From contig OZ244732.1 in NCBI GenBank assembly GCA_965219345.1, positions 1,216,001 through 1,280,000 of the forward strand: DNA of 64,000 bases. The letters run 5' to 3'. The position numbers and the translations under genes were made by a program. Positions 50,160 to 61,407 of this stretch are shown piece after piece. Origin of the DNA: Nitrosopumilus sp. Lineage in GTDB: Archaea > Thermoproteota > Nitrososphaeria > Nitrososphaerales > Nitrosopumilaceae. Each line of letters starts with the position of its first letter. Position 1 is the first letter of the stretch. The notes beneath the pieces were generated by a model. The model searched no databases and was not told the origin of the DNA. It was given only the letters and a program-made list of their open reading frames with translations.

Positions 50160-52376
50160 GTGTCAATATCATCAATACAGGTTTTGCATGAATTATTTCA
50201 TATATTAGAATCAAGTTGTAATGTCGTGGAGTCAAAGAGAATATGCAAGGGAGTCTGCAAAAGATTCAGGGTAAAAAAGCCCGTCTCTGGAGGCAGATAC
50301 GAGGCAGGACAGGGACGATGCCAGACATGTGACGTATGGATAGACTATCATGGAGGACATCTCAAGGACGGGGCTCCTGCAAGGATTGACTCGGCCGGAT
50401 GGTTCTGCAACTGTTGCAACTATAGAGTCCGCAAGAATCCAAGAAACATAGATCGCAAGGCAAAGTTGAGATCCGCAAATTCAGATGAGACAACCTCCGG
50501 TAAAAACGACGATGGTGTGGACCTGTCATATTTTAACAAGCGCCGAGCCCGCATGATAAAGTACATTGCAAGATGCATTCCAAGAGACAGGGATGTGTTT
50601 GACGAGTACGAATTCAGGGATGCACTCATGCAACACGCCATGTCTACATATGATATAGAGTCGGAATTCAACATGCCGATTGAGGATATAATCAGCCTTG
50701 CATATACGACAACTCCACCAAACAAGATATCGATGATCGTGGAGCTTGAGCGAGTTCGTGCCGTTCTAGGTGATACTCCAACAAAGCAAGAGTTTGAAGA
50801 GAATTCCAGCCTTATAGTATCGCAGTATGACGATGAATTTGTGTCTTGGGAACATCTCTTAGACAGGCTGGATTATGATCCATGGTACAGAGACAAGGCA
50901 AAGACGACACTTCCTACCTTTGAGAATATCATGCTACCGCTTTTGGAATTTTTATCAGACAGTCATAAAAGAGATTATTCAGAAGTAACTAATTATCTGG
51001 CATCCTATTTCAAACTAACTCAGAAAAGCCTGAAAATACAAAAGCCGTCTGGAGGAAGTTATTTTTACAATAAGATCGGATGGGCCAAAACATATCTGAC
51101 ACGTGCAGGCGTCTTGCAAAAGAAGGCAAAAGTATTTCAGATATCTACACTGGGTTTGGATGTATTAAAACAGAAACCGCCAAGAATTGACCGTGCGTTT
51201 CTGCACCGGCTTTCAGAGAATGCTTTGCACGAATCAGAGTCAGATAAAAAACACAGTCAGAACCAGAATATTCATACAGCACAGGAACCGTCACATGAAG
51301 AATACATGAACAGGCTCAATTGTCTAATTGACAAGATGCTACGTCTGGTAAAATCCAGTCAGAGCGGTGCATACATGAGCGATATCAGGATGTTGCTTGA
51401 TATCTCACAGGAGGAGATGTCCGGCGTTACCACAAGGCTGATAAGAATAGACGGTGTCTCCAAAAAAGAGATTGTTCATGATGGAATGCTAAAGGATATC
51501 TTGTTTCGATATGATGAACCAGTTGATGATATTGAGTCAAATGATATCGCACAAAATGAATACATTGAACAGACATCTGTACAAACAACAGACAGTATAG
51601 ATGTAATAGCACAACAAATGATTGATCAGTATTATGCAAATAGAAAGCTAGACAAATCTTTGCAACACAGCTTGACTATGGAATATCTCAAGTCCAGATC
51701 GATAGAATCTGTAATTGAGAATCATCCCGACCTGTCAGAGAAGGATATTCGACGCCATGTAAGAACACCACTGCGCTTACCAGATGAATTAAGAGTGCTC
51801 AATGAGACAGGTCTGCATCCAGATCCAAAATATTCACTATACATTGCACTTTTTGCAACAGACCATTACCAGTGGAACGGAGAAAAAGATGTGGAAGAGA
51901 ATGTGATACACATGGCCAAGTTATTATCAAGATATGTTATGTCGTTGAACAAATCCCCCAGCGGTAAATATGAGAAAAGCCAAGATGGTATAAAAGGTGG
52001 AACTCTATCAACTGCCATAGCTGTCTGGATAGCCGTTGCTACACTACATAAAGAGCATGGAATGGATACTGTCTTCTCAAAGCAGCTCATAACAGACAAA
52101 ATGATCCAGCAAAAACTATGTAATGTATCCTACAAAACCATCTCAGTTCACATCTCAAGTCACTGTGTTGCCAATGCCCCAACAACAATGTCTGCAGTTC
52201 ATCGAAAGCTGTATCGTGTTGGGCCTGGAGCATACAGGTTATACAAGAGAGGCGAGTCGTGTCATCCTACTAGAGAACGATGTAAAATAGCACCACTTCC
52301 CATACAAATGTCAGATGAATACAAAGATCTTAGAAGATGGTATGATGAAGAGTATTGTAGAGCCAATGATTCATAG
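50160..52376 (+). CDS. Mosaic DNA-binding protein (Zn finger, Mrr_N-like wHTH, other helical modules)
   Basis: CQTC..CNCC; LPTFENIMLPLL..IGWAKTYLTRAG; C-terminal HISSHCVAN..LYRV. Confidence 0.65.
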   Translation: MSISSIQVLHELFHILESSCNVVESKRICKGVCKRFRVKKPVSGGRYEAGQGRCQTCDVWIDYHGGHLKDGAPARIDSAGWFCNCCNYRVRKNPRNIDRKAKLRSANSDETTSGKNDDGVDLSYFNKRRARMIKYIARCIPRDRDVFDEYEFRDALMQHAMSTYDIESEFNMPIEDIISLAYTTTPPNKISMIVELERVRAVLGDTPTKQEFEENSSLIVSQYDDEFVSWEHLLDRLDYDPWYRDKAKTTLPTFENIMLPLLEFLSDSHKRDYSEVTNYLASYFKLTQKSLKIQKPSGGSYFYNKIGWAKTYLTRAGVLQKKAKVFQISTLGLDVLKQKPPRIDRAFLHRLSENALHESESDKKHSQNQNIHTAQEPSHEEYMNRLNCLIDKMLRLVKSSQSGAYMSDIRMLLDISQEEMSGVTTRLIRIDGVSKKEIVHDGMLKDILFRYDEPVDDIESNDIAQNEYIEQTSVQTTDSIDVIAQQMIDQYYANRKLDKSLQHSLTMEYLKSRSIESVIENHPDLSEKDIRRHVRTPLRLPDELRVLNETGLHPDPKYSLYIALFATDHYQWNGEKDVEENVIHMAKLLSRYVMSLNKSPSGKYEKSQDGIKGGTLSTAIAVWIAVATLHKEHGMDTVFSKQLITDKMIQQKLCNVSYKTISVHISSHCVANAPTTMSAVHRKLYRVGPGAYRLYKRGESCHPTRERCKIAPLPIQMSDEYKDLRRWYDEEYCRANDS

Positions 52377-53282
52377 GCTGTATGGTGGCCTGTATTCTGT
52401 TCTGATGTTTGGAAATTTTTGCTCTATCATCTTTGCAAGCTGCTTTGCATATTGACTGCGGGAGTTGTCAGTAATCACATATTTTGGATTTACTGCTTCG
52501 ATATAGTCATAGATTCCTCTAATTGATGTGTGTGCAGCAAGATTAAATCTACATCCTCCTTCAAAGGGAATTATCGGTGGCTCATTTTTTGTAAATCTGA
52601 ATCTGTCCACCATGATCTTATGACAGTGATATACTTCATCATCTAACACCATATTTGACAGGAATATCACACATTTTTTGTTGGAGTGTAGGATATTCCA
52701 AAAATCCGGAGAGTTGTATTCAACTATCTCCCGAAACTGATTTGATTCGTATTGATAGATCATGCGCAGAACTTGTTCTTGTTTTTTATCCATGACAAAC
52801 ATCACACCATCATCTATCTTTTTGCCATATCCAACCTCAAAGTGTCGTATTATCTCCTGAAGTGTTCCAGATGAGGCCTGTATTACTATTTGATTATGCA
52901 GATCTAGTTGTTCTACGGTATACTCAAACATGCGATTTTTGATGGATTTTCTGTCCGTCTGCCCATCTATCCATGGGTCGCCATGAGTAGAATCTATTAC
53001 AAGATAATCGGCCTGTCTGATCTGAATGTCAGGAAAGCTAAAGTCGCCCGAGTACAGCCTCGCTTGTCCGAACAGCAAACAAAGAATTGTCACAAACCGC
53101 TTTTATCTGGTTAGGGGAACATACAATCCAATCCTCAGGAAAGTGATATGTGTTAAAAACCAAATCCGTATTCTTGTAAATTTCTTCAACGTTTGTTGTA
53201 CTTGGAATTGCTTCATCGTCTACAACTTCTTTACGTGCATAAATTGTCCTACTGATTCAACTAATGGTATTCCGGTTTTCAT
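52371..53282 (-). pseudogene. MBL-fold/beta-CASP nuclease-like remnant
   Basis: YSGDF..LVIDSTHG..AHT..NPKYVI; 5' part fragmented. Confidence 0.6.
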
Positions 53283-53325
53283 ATTTCTCTTAGGCCTAAG
53301 TTGTTAATAAAAACTATTTTCTAAC

Positions 53326-53715
53326 TTACAACTTCTTGAGCATCTCGGCAACCGTAACCATCTGAATTCCCTTGAACCCCTTCACTCTAAGAAGGTCATC
53401 GTCCCCTGAAACGATGTAATCTGCCTTTCCGTCGTATGCAGTGTTTACGATCACGTCGTCGTCAGGATCGTCTATGACTTTGAACTTTGACTTGATCATC
53501 TTGATATCGCTCGAAGAAACCAACGCAAACAGAATCTTTGATATTTCCCCTTCATCCATCTTGAACTTTGATCCGCGAAGAACTTTCGCCGTCTCGTTGA
53601 GTATCTCGTCAGAAGTGACCAAGACGTATTTTTTATCTTCTACTGCCTTATTCAACAGTTGTCTCGGCTTTCCGTTGCGAATTACTGCACTGATAAACAC
53701 GTTTGTGTCAAGCAC
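53326..53715 (-). CDS. vapC: PIN-domain toxin
   Basis: LDTNVFISA..DPDDD..ADYIVSGDDDLL. Confidence 0.9.
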   Translation of the reverse strand: MLDTNVFISAVIRNGKPRQLLNKAVEDKKYVLVTSDEILNETAKVLRGSKFKMDEGEISKILFALVSSSDIKMIKSKFKVIDDPDDDVIVNTAYDGKADYIVSGDDDLLRVKGFKGIQMVTVAEMLKKL

Positions 53716-53746
53716 TACTCTGTATATCTAAAACAACTCCGACGTG

Positions 53747-54019
53747 CTACTTTTTGCGTCTTGCCTTTCTGTATTTTTTGACCTCGCCTACAATCTCCTT
53801 GTCTGAGACTTTCAGCTTCTTTGAGTCCATCTTCTTGAATATGCTGTCCCACTCCTTCTTCACATCAGGAACACGAAGCGTTTTCATCACTATGATGTCC
53901 CCTTTGCGCATCACGACAAATCTTGTCTTTGTCTTCAGCCCCATCTCCTTTCTGAAGAGTTGAGGTATCACTACCTGGCCTTTCTCGCTCATGGTTGTTA
54001 TTTCAAGTTCTTGTGACAT
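53747..54019 (-). CDS. vapB: AbrB/MazE-family antitoxin
   Basis: MSEKGQVVIP..R..MGL; directly upstream of the PIN gene. Confidence 0.85.
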   Translation of the reverse strand: MSQELEITTMSEKGQVVIPQLFRKEMGLKTKTRFVVMRKGDIIVMKTLRVPDVKKEWDSIFKKMDSKKLKVSDKEIVGEVKKYRKARRKK

Positions 54020-54734
54020 CTTTCTTACCTGTAGTAATATTTTACTTTCTTACCTTTTATAGTTTAGTATGATGTCAGTTAAGCGAAATGAACACATACG
54101 AGGTATCTGCCCTGCACTATCTTTGAAACACCATCCATCATGGATTTCAAATGTATTATCCACGCAAGTACACATGTCATAAATCCGAACCGTCACTCTA
54201 TCCGTGTCTTTCCTCCTTTGATCTGGTCGCTTATCTTGCGGACACAACGATGTGCCGCAGGGTCTGTTTAGAGGTACTGCTTGTAGGCTCACAGGTTCAT
54301 AGAGTTTTACAACAAGCGCAAAACAGCGTGTTCCAAAACGGCTCGCCTAGTTGGAATGAATCCAGTATGTGCAGTATTTTATTGAAAAGTTTCATTTCTG
54401 ACTTGAGATAATATGATATTATGGAATCGGGCCAGTATCGCGTGGAACCAATTGAGATCTGTTCTGGCATCAAAAGTCCCGATGATCCATGGGAAAGGCA
54501 TACGAATTAGCAATATGCAGCTGCATGGTTTAACCAAAAAAAAAAAAATCTCAAGATTGACTGTAAGGTAATGGATCTACGAGAAGATATCAAAAAAAAA
54601 AAGTATGAAGCGAGATTTGTTGGAATAATGGAGTTGCCAGAAACAATTGCCTAGTACCCTCTGTAGTCCCGTAGATCTGGAGGATAAGTATTCTGGCAAA
54701 CACACTACAGCATACCAATATAAAAAATCTCAAC

Positions 54735-57575
54735 TCATTTTTGTGACTGATTTTTCACAGATTTGCTCCTCTTTGCGTTTATTCCATTTGGGATAAACCC
54801 CATAATTTTCTCCAGCATATTTTGTATCCGCCACCTGGCGCCTGACGTGTTTTTTACTAGTATAAAGACACTGCCTGCAATCAACGGAACAGTGACTAGT
54901 GCCATCAGGTAGGTATAGTCCTCCCTATACACTGCAACAATGTGTGAATCCCTACTTGCAACAAAAGACACTGCAGGTGAATCTGCCGCATCAATTCCCT
55001 CCCAGTGATCAAACACGTCACGAATCAAAAACAAGACCTTGTATTTGTCTGGTGCAGATATTTTGACTGTATCGCCAATCTTATACACGCCAGAGCCCTG
55101 CCCGTCAATCACGTCAATTAGAATCTCCTCGTTGTACGATGCTGATATCCTTACATCCTGCGTTGGTGTCATGTGAAGATAATTCCCCTTGATCTTCTCA
55201 CCGTTTACAGTCATCTTTTCAAATGCATATCCCCTGCTGTGCGCAGTCGTTTTTTTAGAAAACGCAATCTCGATATTGTCTGGCCTAAACTCTGAATAGT
55301 ACGGCGATACAGCTTCAATTGCATTGCTACCTACTGTAACATCAAACGGCATGGCTAGTCTTTTTCCCTCTGCATCATGTATTGTAACATCAATTGAGAA
55401 TATTTTTTTTACAGATATGGTTTCTGATATCGATACTGTCTCATAGCCGTCCCTTGTTGCAAGTACGGTAATTGTTGATGATTCATCTTCTGCATCAGGC
55501 GTTATTACAAACGTATCGTGTGCAGTATGCTCGTATGGATGATCCGTGATTAGCGTATAGCTTGCATTAACAGAGTTGAGAGCCTTCAGCACTGTCTGCT
55601 GGCCTAATCTCAAATCCGTCTTTTCAATGTCCAGGCTAACACTCATAGTATTTGCAAACCCAGATAGTTCCAGCTCTGATGCCCCCACATCCGAGATTAT
55701 CGTGGCCTGCGCATCACCGGAATTCTTCAGCAGCATGTGTCCGTCCCGTATTGTGACTCCAAGAGGGGAGGAGATCTTCCAGTGTGTGGCTTTGTACAGT
55801 GGCACTCCAAAGGAATCCACTGCATGTACGGCAAACGGGAACCACTCTTGGATGTGAACCTGTTCTGGTGCAAGCAGCTCTATTGACGTGGCAATCTTTG
55901 CAGGCAAGATATCTGCACTGGCAGAATCTATGCCGTCCATTGTTGCAGTGATGGCATCTGTTTTAGACAGTACGCCGCCAATTGTTGCCGAACCCGAATG
56001 TGTGGGCTGTATAACACCAGACAGTCTGGCAGATTCAGAGTATATCAAAAACTCTACGTCCCTTCCAAAGACGTCTTGCGCATCAATCATGGTGCCGCTT
56101 TTGTCTGTTATGCTGACTATGGCAACATCTTGTTTTGTGTGCGCAGTTGCAGCAAGTACGGTAATGTCCAGCCCAAACTCTTCTGTGTGTTGCGGAGCAA
56201 TTTCCACTCTGGCATTACCTGACTCTAGACCCTTACCTGATATCTGAATCTCATGAGTCCCATGATCCCCTGTGATCTCAAACTCTATTGCGTTGGTCTT
56301 TGTTATGTGCTGCTGCTCTAAAAGATAGACACCGTCGTGTTCTAGTCCGTCTGAAGAGGAGACATAGACAGTACCATGTGAGCTTGCAGGGGTGATTGTG
56401 GCGCCTTGGGATATTGCGCCGTCCATCTTTCCGACATCATCAATGAACAGCTCCAATGACTGTGTCTTGTTTATGTGGTATGTGGCAGCTACCCCCCATG
56501 CGGATTCGGATGTAACATCAGGGTATATCCAGGATAGTATGATGTTTGGCTCATGTTCTGTGTCATCTCGCATCACAAAGTTTTGCTCCTGAATCTTTAT
56601 TGTTGCAGAGTCGTCTGTACTGCCAATCTTTGCAGGGCCCACAAATATAGTATCATGTGCCGTGCCAAACTCCGCACTTGCAGTAATTGTTGCGTATCCC
56701 CTGTCGCCAGTGTACAGTATTCCCTTTGCAACGCCATCTACTAGATGTATCTGAAATCCGTCTGAACCTGTAACGTACGGGTTTGTGTTTAGTCTTGCAA
56801 TGTCTGTGTTGCTAGAATGAACAAAGGCATCTACCACATACGGCGGTACAAACGGTCTTTGCTCCTTTTCTAACCACACATAGTAAAACGCATAAGAGTT
56901 CTCCATGGCAATGTCCGGAGCTATGGCCATTCTGAGGGTGAACCCATCTTGAATCTTTTCTATGTGCGTCTTGTACGAATCCAGCTGATCGGCACTTGCA
57001 ATTATGTGGCCTGTCCCGCCTATATCCATCTCAAATGCTTTTAGAGTCGTACCGTTTCTTATGGTAATCGTATCTGGGGCATCAATTGCCTGCGTCGTGC
57101 TAATGTCTATCCTCAGATTCTCATTTGCAGGTGCAGGAGAGCCGCCCTCATCTACAAGCATCACATATCCAAGCATTGAATCTGCCTTTGTCTTGTTTGC
57201 AGGAATTACAATTTGCAGCCCGGATGCTTCGCTTTTTTTAGAATAGACCTGCGTTGATACAGAGTACAGCTGCCCGTCAATTGCTGCAAAGATATCTGCT
57301 GTTCCCTCATGTATTGGAGCAATTGAGAATATTCCATGATTCTGATAGGGTAGAATGGAGACGCTCTCCTGAATGTTTATTGCATCATCGCCGGCAGACA
57401 GCAAGACAAGTGAGCCCTGAGGCGTTGCCTCTGATATGACGACCCCCTCGTATTGCTCCCCTACAATCATGTGTTCTGGCACCCACAGTGTAACGTCAGC
57501 TTCTGCATATGCTGGTGCTGCCACGCACGCCAAAAAGACTATACACAAAAAGACTACACACAGCAAGCTTTTCAT
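54735..57575 (-). CDS. Large Ig-like surface protein with C-terminal TM anchor
   Basis: Signal peptide, beta-rich, C-terminal TM. Confidence 0.75.
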   Translation of the reverse strand: MKSLLCVVFLCIVFLACVAAPAYAEADVTLWVPEHMIVGEQYEGVVISEATPQGSLVLLSAGDDAINIQESVSILPYQNHGIFSIAPIHEGTADIFAAIDGQLYSVSTQVYSKKSEASGLQIVIPANKTKADSMLGYVMLVDEGGSPAPANENLRIDISTTQAIDAPDTITIRNGTTLKAFEMDIGGTGHIIASADQLDSYKTHIEKIQDGFTLRMAIAPDIAMENSYAFYYVWLEKEQRPFVPPYVVDAFVHSSNTDIARLNTNPYVTGSDGFQIHLVDGVAKGILYTGDRGYATITASAEFGTAHDTIFVGPAKIGSTDDSATIKIQEQNFVMRDDTEHEPNIILSWIYPDVTSESAWGVAATYHINKTQSLELFIDDVGKMDGAISQGATITPASSHGTVYVSSSDGLEHDGVYLLEQQHITKTNAIEFEITGDHGTHEIQISGKGLESGNARVEIAPQHTEEFGLDITVLAATAHTKQDVAIVSITDKSGTMIDAQDVFGRDVEFLIYSESARLSGVIQPTHSGSATIGGVLSKTDAITATMDGIDSASADILPAKIATSIELLAPEQVHIQEWFPFAVHAVDSFGVPLYKATHWKISSPLGVTIRDGHMLLKNSGDAQATIISDVGASELELSGFANTMSVSLDIEKTDLRLGQQTVLKALNSVNASYTLITDHPYEHTAHDTFVITPDAEDESSTITVLATRDGYETVSISETISVKKIFSIDVTIHDAEGKRLAMPFDVTVGSNAIEAVSPYYSEFRPDNIEIAFSKKTTAHSRGYAFEKMTVNGEKIKGNYLHMTPTQDVRISASYNEEILIDVIDGQGSGVYKIGDTVKISAPDKYKVLFLIRDVFDHWEGIDAADSPAVSFVASRDSHIVAVYREDYTYLMALVTVPLIAGSVFILVKNTSGARWRIQNMLEKIMGFIPNGINAKRSKSVKNQSQK

Positions 57576-57684
57576 CTAAATACGAATTTGAATTTTGGAT
57601 TTAAGCGGGGAAGAACTGATTCGGTATGAGACACCTGCCAACGAATTCACAGTATTTTCATAAAAAAAAATATCTGAGGCTTGA

Positions 57685-57861
57685 TTATTCTATCCTTAGT
57701 GCCTTTGATGGGCACTCATCTACCACCTTTCTGATCTGCTCTTCTGGAGCACCGTCCTGGATTATGACAAACTTTCCGTCCTGTACTGAAAATACAGACG
57801 GAAGATTCTTTACGCATTTTCCAGAATGAATGCAGATCTCCTCATCCCAGCTTACTTTCAT
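57685..57861 (-). CDS. Divergent mono-cluster ferredoxin (YjdI/Fer4_19-like), 58 aa
   Basis: CIHSGKCV..LPSVF..CPSKAL; absent from ORF track. Confidence 0.8.
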   Translation of the reverse strand: MKVSWDEEICIHSGKCVKNLPSVFSVQDGKFVIIQDGAPEEQIRKVVDECPSKALRIE

Positions 57862-57918
57862 GGTTTACTCTATGACTACAGCTAGAAAAACTAGACGGTT
57901 TGCACGCCTCAACCCATG

Positions 57919-60141
57919 TCACATGCTTGTGTTTATGCTGGCATATCGCAAAACAGCAGTGGCAGAGGCCGTACCGCTCCTTTGATATTCAGTAAATCCG
58001 GAAGGCACAGGCGGAATACTCCCCTGTGCAAATATCTGATTGTAAAAATAAAACTCTACAAAGTCCGCCTCTCTTACCGGGACTGAAATCGTATCAGTTA
58101 TGGTAATTTCAGGATATGAGAATCGCGCAATGTGCGTAGCTGACGTACTGTGACTTTGTGCCGTGTGGTCAGTCTCTGGCGTATCACTGAAAAATATCTG
58201 TGTTCTAGTATTGCCGTTTATCGGTGTGATCTCCCCGTTGATGTACACCTCAATCCATGTTGTAAGCGGGTCTGTGGGCCGAGGAGGTGGGGGAGGAGGC
58301 GGGTTGCCCAGATACTTCCGGGTGTTTGTAATTTCAGACGTCCCAGATATGGTTGCCTGCACATGTGCTTTTGCGTTTCCGTCGTGCGTGGCAACCATGT
58401 ATGCTATGGCCCCGGCCGTTGACTGTACACTGTGGATAAAGCCGTCTGGATTGCTTTGCGTAATCGTGTCTGACACAGAGTCTGCAATGTACAGTCCCGT
58501 GCCGCTCAGTACGTCTGCTACGTTTAGGGATATTGGCACACCGCTGATTCTCATGTGAATGCTTTGGTACGTTGGAATTACTGGGACAAAGATGCTCTGT
58601 CCATCTGTATAGTTTCCATCAAGATACTGCAAAGACAGCCTCTCATCCAAATTGATTCCAGTTATCGTTACATCTCCTATCACTGGAATCTTGACATAGG
58701 CATGAACGTTGTACAGGGTATCTTTTAGCTTGGATTCTGCAAATATTCTGTCATGTATGGTATCGTGTAGTGTCGCATCATTGTGGTGATCAAATATTAC
58801 GGTCTGAATGCTAGGTGAACCGGCACTGTACATAATGGATTTGTCATGTATATGGAGCACTCCGCCAATCTCAGATGACACATCTGAATCCGGCGCAGGT
58901 ATGCTTATCGTGCCTTGTTTTGTGGTAAAGCCTGCTGCAATTGTGTGGCCGTCTCGGATTATACTGTAGCCAGTATCAGGAGCCACTCCGGACACATCTA
59001 TGAAATTTCTCTGCCCCAGTGCCGTTCCTTTGATCTCAGATGTCCCGCCTGCTGAATCAATTATCAGATAGTTGCCGTTCCCTGATGGCAGCGTAATTGT
59101 AGTCTCAAAATTTCCAGAAAACGCATGGATCTCCCTTACAGGAAGCGTGTCATATATCCAGTGATTAAAATCGCCCACATTGTTGTAGTTTATTCTAAAG
59201 ATTTTGGCACCGGGCCTCAGAATATCCCCGATGTTCATATTTTGTGGATTTGCAGTGTCGCCAACTATAACATGGTATCTGCTAGTGGCATCTGGCTGGA
59301 TTATCAGGGGTGCATTTACTGTCACTGTATTGGTTCCAGATACCGTGTACCTTCCTTTGCAACATTTTCCATGGTACACAGAGGCACTGGCATTCTGTGT
59401 ATATTGGAATGTGGCAGATTTCTCAGAATCATCTGCAGAGCCTGCCTCTAAGGCCAGACCAGTAGTTGCTGGGTTGCATGTGCAATGATTTATCAAAAAC
59501 CCGCGTGTTGCATCATGTGTAATTGTAATCAGATTGTACGGGGACTCTACTAACCGGATTGTAGTGCCCTGGCTGAGCTTTCCGGTCAGTACCATCTCTT
59601 CTGCGTTATGATCATCTAGGTGCAGTACGGTTCTTCCCTTGCCTCCGATGAGAATTTTATCATACAGATCAACTTGTGCGTTGCCATTTATTTCTCTAGA
59701 GTCCGTATATCCAAGTATGTTGGGATGATCATTTGATGAGACCCTTGACAAAACCCCGCCGTCTCTGCCGACGTTTTCCATATCATAGCCATGGTAAAAC
59801 TCTGGTATCTCTGCAAGTCTGGAAAGTTCTGTGTCAAGTACGGCAGTTACAAATTTTGTTTGCGGATGCATTGTATTGTATGGTTTGATGGACTGTTCTT
59901 TGCCAAGCAGTCCTGTTGCGTGTATTACTTTGCCGGTGTAATCCTCATGTACGAGTCTGGAGTTTATTCCTATTCCATCTAGCATTGATGTGCCGTTGCC
60001 TGCACCGTCATTGCTTTCGTTTAATGCATCTGTGCCATCTAACACAAAGACGTTGCCCCTGCTAGTTACTATCTCGATGCTATCTGCATGTGCTGCACAT
60101 GGCACAAAAAATGCAAGAATCAACAGTCCGTACAGCTTCAT
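57919..60141 (-). CDS. Large secreted protein (possible adhesin/minor pilin)
   Basis: Signal peptide, beta-rich, poly-Pro linker; follows pilin-like gene. Confidence 0.7.
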   Translation of the reverse strand: MKLYGLLILAFFVPCAAHADSIEIVTSRGNVFVLDGTDALNESNDGAGNGTSMLDGIGINSRLVHEDYTGKVIHATGLLGKEQSIKPYNTMHPQTKFVTAVLDTELSRLAEIPEFYHGYDMENVGRDGGVLSRVSSNDHPNILGYTDSREINGNAQVDLYDKILIGGKGRTVLHLDDHNAEEMVLTGKLSQGTTIRLVESPYNLITITHDATRGFLINHCTCNPATTGLALEAGSADDSEKSATFQYTQNASASVYHGKCCKGRYTVSGTNTVTVNAPLIIQPDATSRYHVIVGDTANPQNMNIGDILRPGAKIFRINYNNVGDFNHWIYDTLPVREIHAFSGNFETTITLPSGNGNYLIIDSAGGTSEIKGTALGQRNFIDVSGVAPDTGYSIIRDGHTIAAGFTTKQGTISIPAPDSDVSSEIGGVLHIHDKSIMYSAGSPSIQTVIFDHHNDATLHDTIHDRIFAESKLKDTLYNVHAYVKIPVIGDVTITGINLDERLSLQYLDGNYTDGQSIFVPVIPTYQSIHMRISGVPISLNVADVLSGTGLYIADSVSDTITQSNPDGFIHSVQSTAGAIAYMVATHDGNAKAHVQATISGTSEITNTRKYLGNPPPPPPPRPTDPLTTWIEVYINGEITPINGNTRTQIFFSDTPETDHTAQSHSTSATHIARFSYPEITITDTISVPVREADFVEFYFYNQIFAQGSIPPVPSGFTEYQRSGTASATAVLRYASINTSM

Positions 60142-60142
60142 G

Positions 60143-60496
60143 CTATCTCCCCGATGTGATCTGCGTTATCGCATCTGCAACTCTGAGGTCTGCAGGTATT
60201 GCTTGTGTCTGCGATGAAAGAATGGTAGTTTCTGCTTTTTGCGTATGTATCACAGACCCTGAATCATCAAGTATTCTGACCTCCCTGACGTGGATTGGAA
60301 CAGGACCCGTGTTTTTTAGCCACAGCTGCCCGTCTTGGATTGTAACTGCTGCCTGCTCCTGGAGTCGTTGTGCCTGCATCTCGACAGTCCTTTGCATGGT
60401 ATCTGAATATCTGACCTGCTCATCAGAAAAGGAGATCATCATGGATATCGAGGCTACTGCCACTGCCAAAACCCCTAAAATCACAATCGGATTCAT
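60143..60496 (-). CDS. Archaeal pilin-like protein
   Basis: Hydrophobic N-terminal helix, RLQE, LKNTGPVPI. Confidence 0.55.
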   Translation of the reverse strand: MNPIVILGVLAVAVASISMMISFSDEQVRYSDTMQRTVEMQAQRLQEQAAVTIQDGQLWLKNTGPVPIHVREVRILDDSGSVIHTQKAETTILSSQTQAIPADLRVADAITQITSGR

Positions 60497-60544
60497 AACA
60501 TTGCAAATTTGAGGAGTATTTAAGGCAAAAAAATACCCTCACCG

Positions 60545-60628
60545 ATCACCCCGTTGTTGCCAACAGTAGGCAACAACAGGGCAATAAATCACCCTGTTGT
60601 TGCCAACAGTAGGCAACAACAGGGCAAT
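60545..60628. repeat. Two tandem 41-bp palindromic units (period 43)
   Basis: CCCTGTTGTTGCC-AACAGTA-GGCAACAACAGGG core; one mismatch between copies. Confidence 0.95.
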
Positions 60629-61362
60629 CAGTGGTCCTGAATTTTCTCTGGGGATCCGGAAAATGTGGAATTGTCTGCTTGATTCAAAGTCGTACCTGCA
60701 TAATCTAGCAGCTCAAAGGTAAACATTACCGGCGGATCATCTGTGTTCCAAAACGGATTATATGCAATTGCAGTGATTGGAAATGCAACGTCTTGCGATA
60801 TCATAAATGTGCTTTGCTCAAAGATGCCGTACTGTATTGCAGATACGTCAAGTGTGTTGCCGTTTTGCAGCTCGATGTTGTCCTCAAAGCTTACCACAAG
60901 CTTGTCTCCGCTATACAGGGACGATGAGACATCTCCCCAGACGGCTCCAATCTTTAGATGCTTTGGGGAATGCGGAGATGCAAACTGTGCAAGATAAAAG
61001 ATCGTCTCTTCAATGGAACGTGCGACATCTCTTCCTGCAAACGTGTGAACCTTCATCGTATCTGAATCCAACAAAAATATGTAGTGTGCAACTGCATTGT
61101 CAACCGTGACTTCTGCTTGAACTATCCAATAGCTTCTGTTTTCAGAAAATAATTCTGCATAAAAATCCATTCTTATCTGGTAGCACTCATGCACTACTGA
61201 TTGTGAGTCGCACACATGATACGTAAAAAAATCTCCCGGTATGATTGACTTTCCTGCATGCCACATATCTGCTAAATAATATGCAACAATGTCGTCTGCA
61301 TCATATGCAAAGGCAGGTGTTACACATGCAATCAATACAGGTATCGCATAAACGTATCTCAT
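60628..61362 (-). CDS. Exported hypothetical protein
   Basis: Signal peptide; 244-aa ORF. Confidence 0.7.
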   Translation of the reverse strand: MRYVYAIPVLIACVTPAFAYDADDIVAYYLADMWHAGKSIIPGDFFTYHVCDSQSVVHECYQIRMDFYAELFSENRSYWIVQAEVTVDNAVAHYIFLLDSDTMKVHTFAGRDVARSIEETIFYLAQFASPHSPKHLKIGAVWGDVSSSLYSGDKLVVSFEDNIELQNGNTLDVSAIQYGIFEQSTFMISQDVAFPITAIAYNPFWNTDDPPVMFTFELLDYAGTTLNQADNSTFSGSPEKIQDH

Positions 61363-61407
61363 AAAAATAAAATGAGGTTTTTGGTTAAAAGAACTGTTTC
61401 TAATCTT

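Noticed and set aside
54735-61362. Numerous antisense ORFs in the ORF track
   Set aside because: Shadows of long minus-strand genes in higher-GC DNA, with no recognisable motifs.
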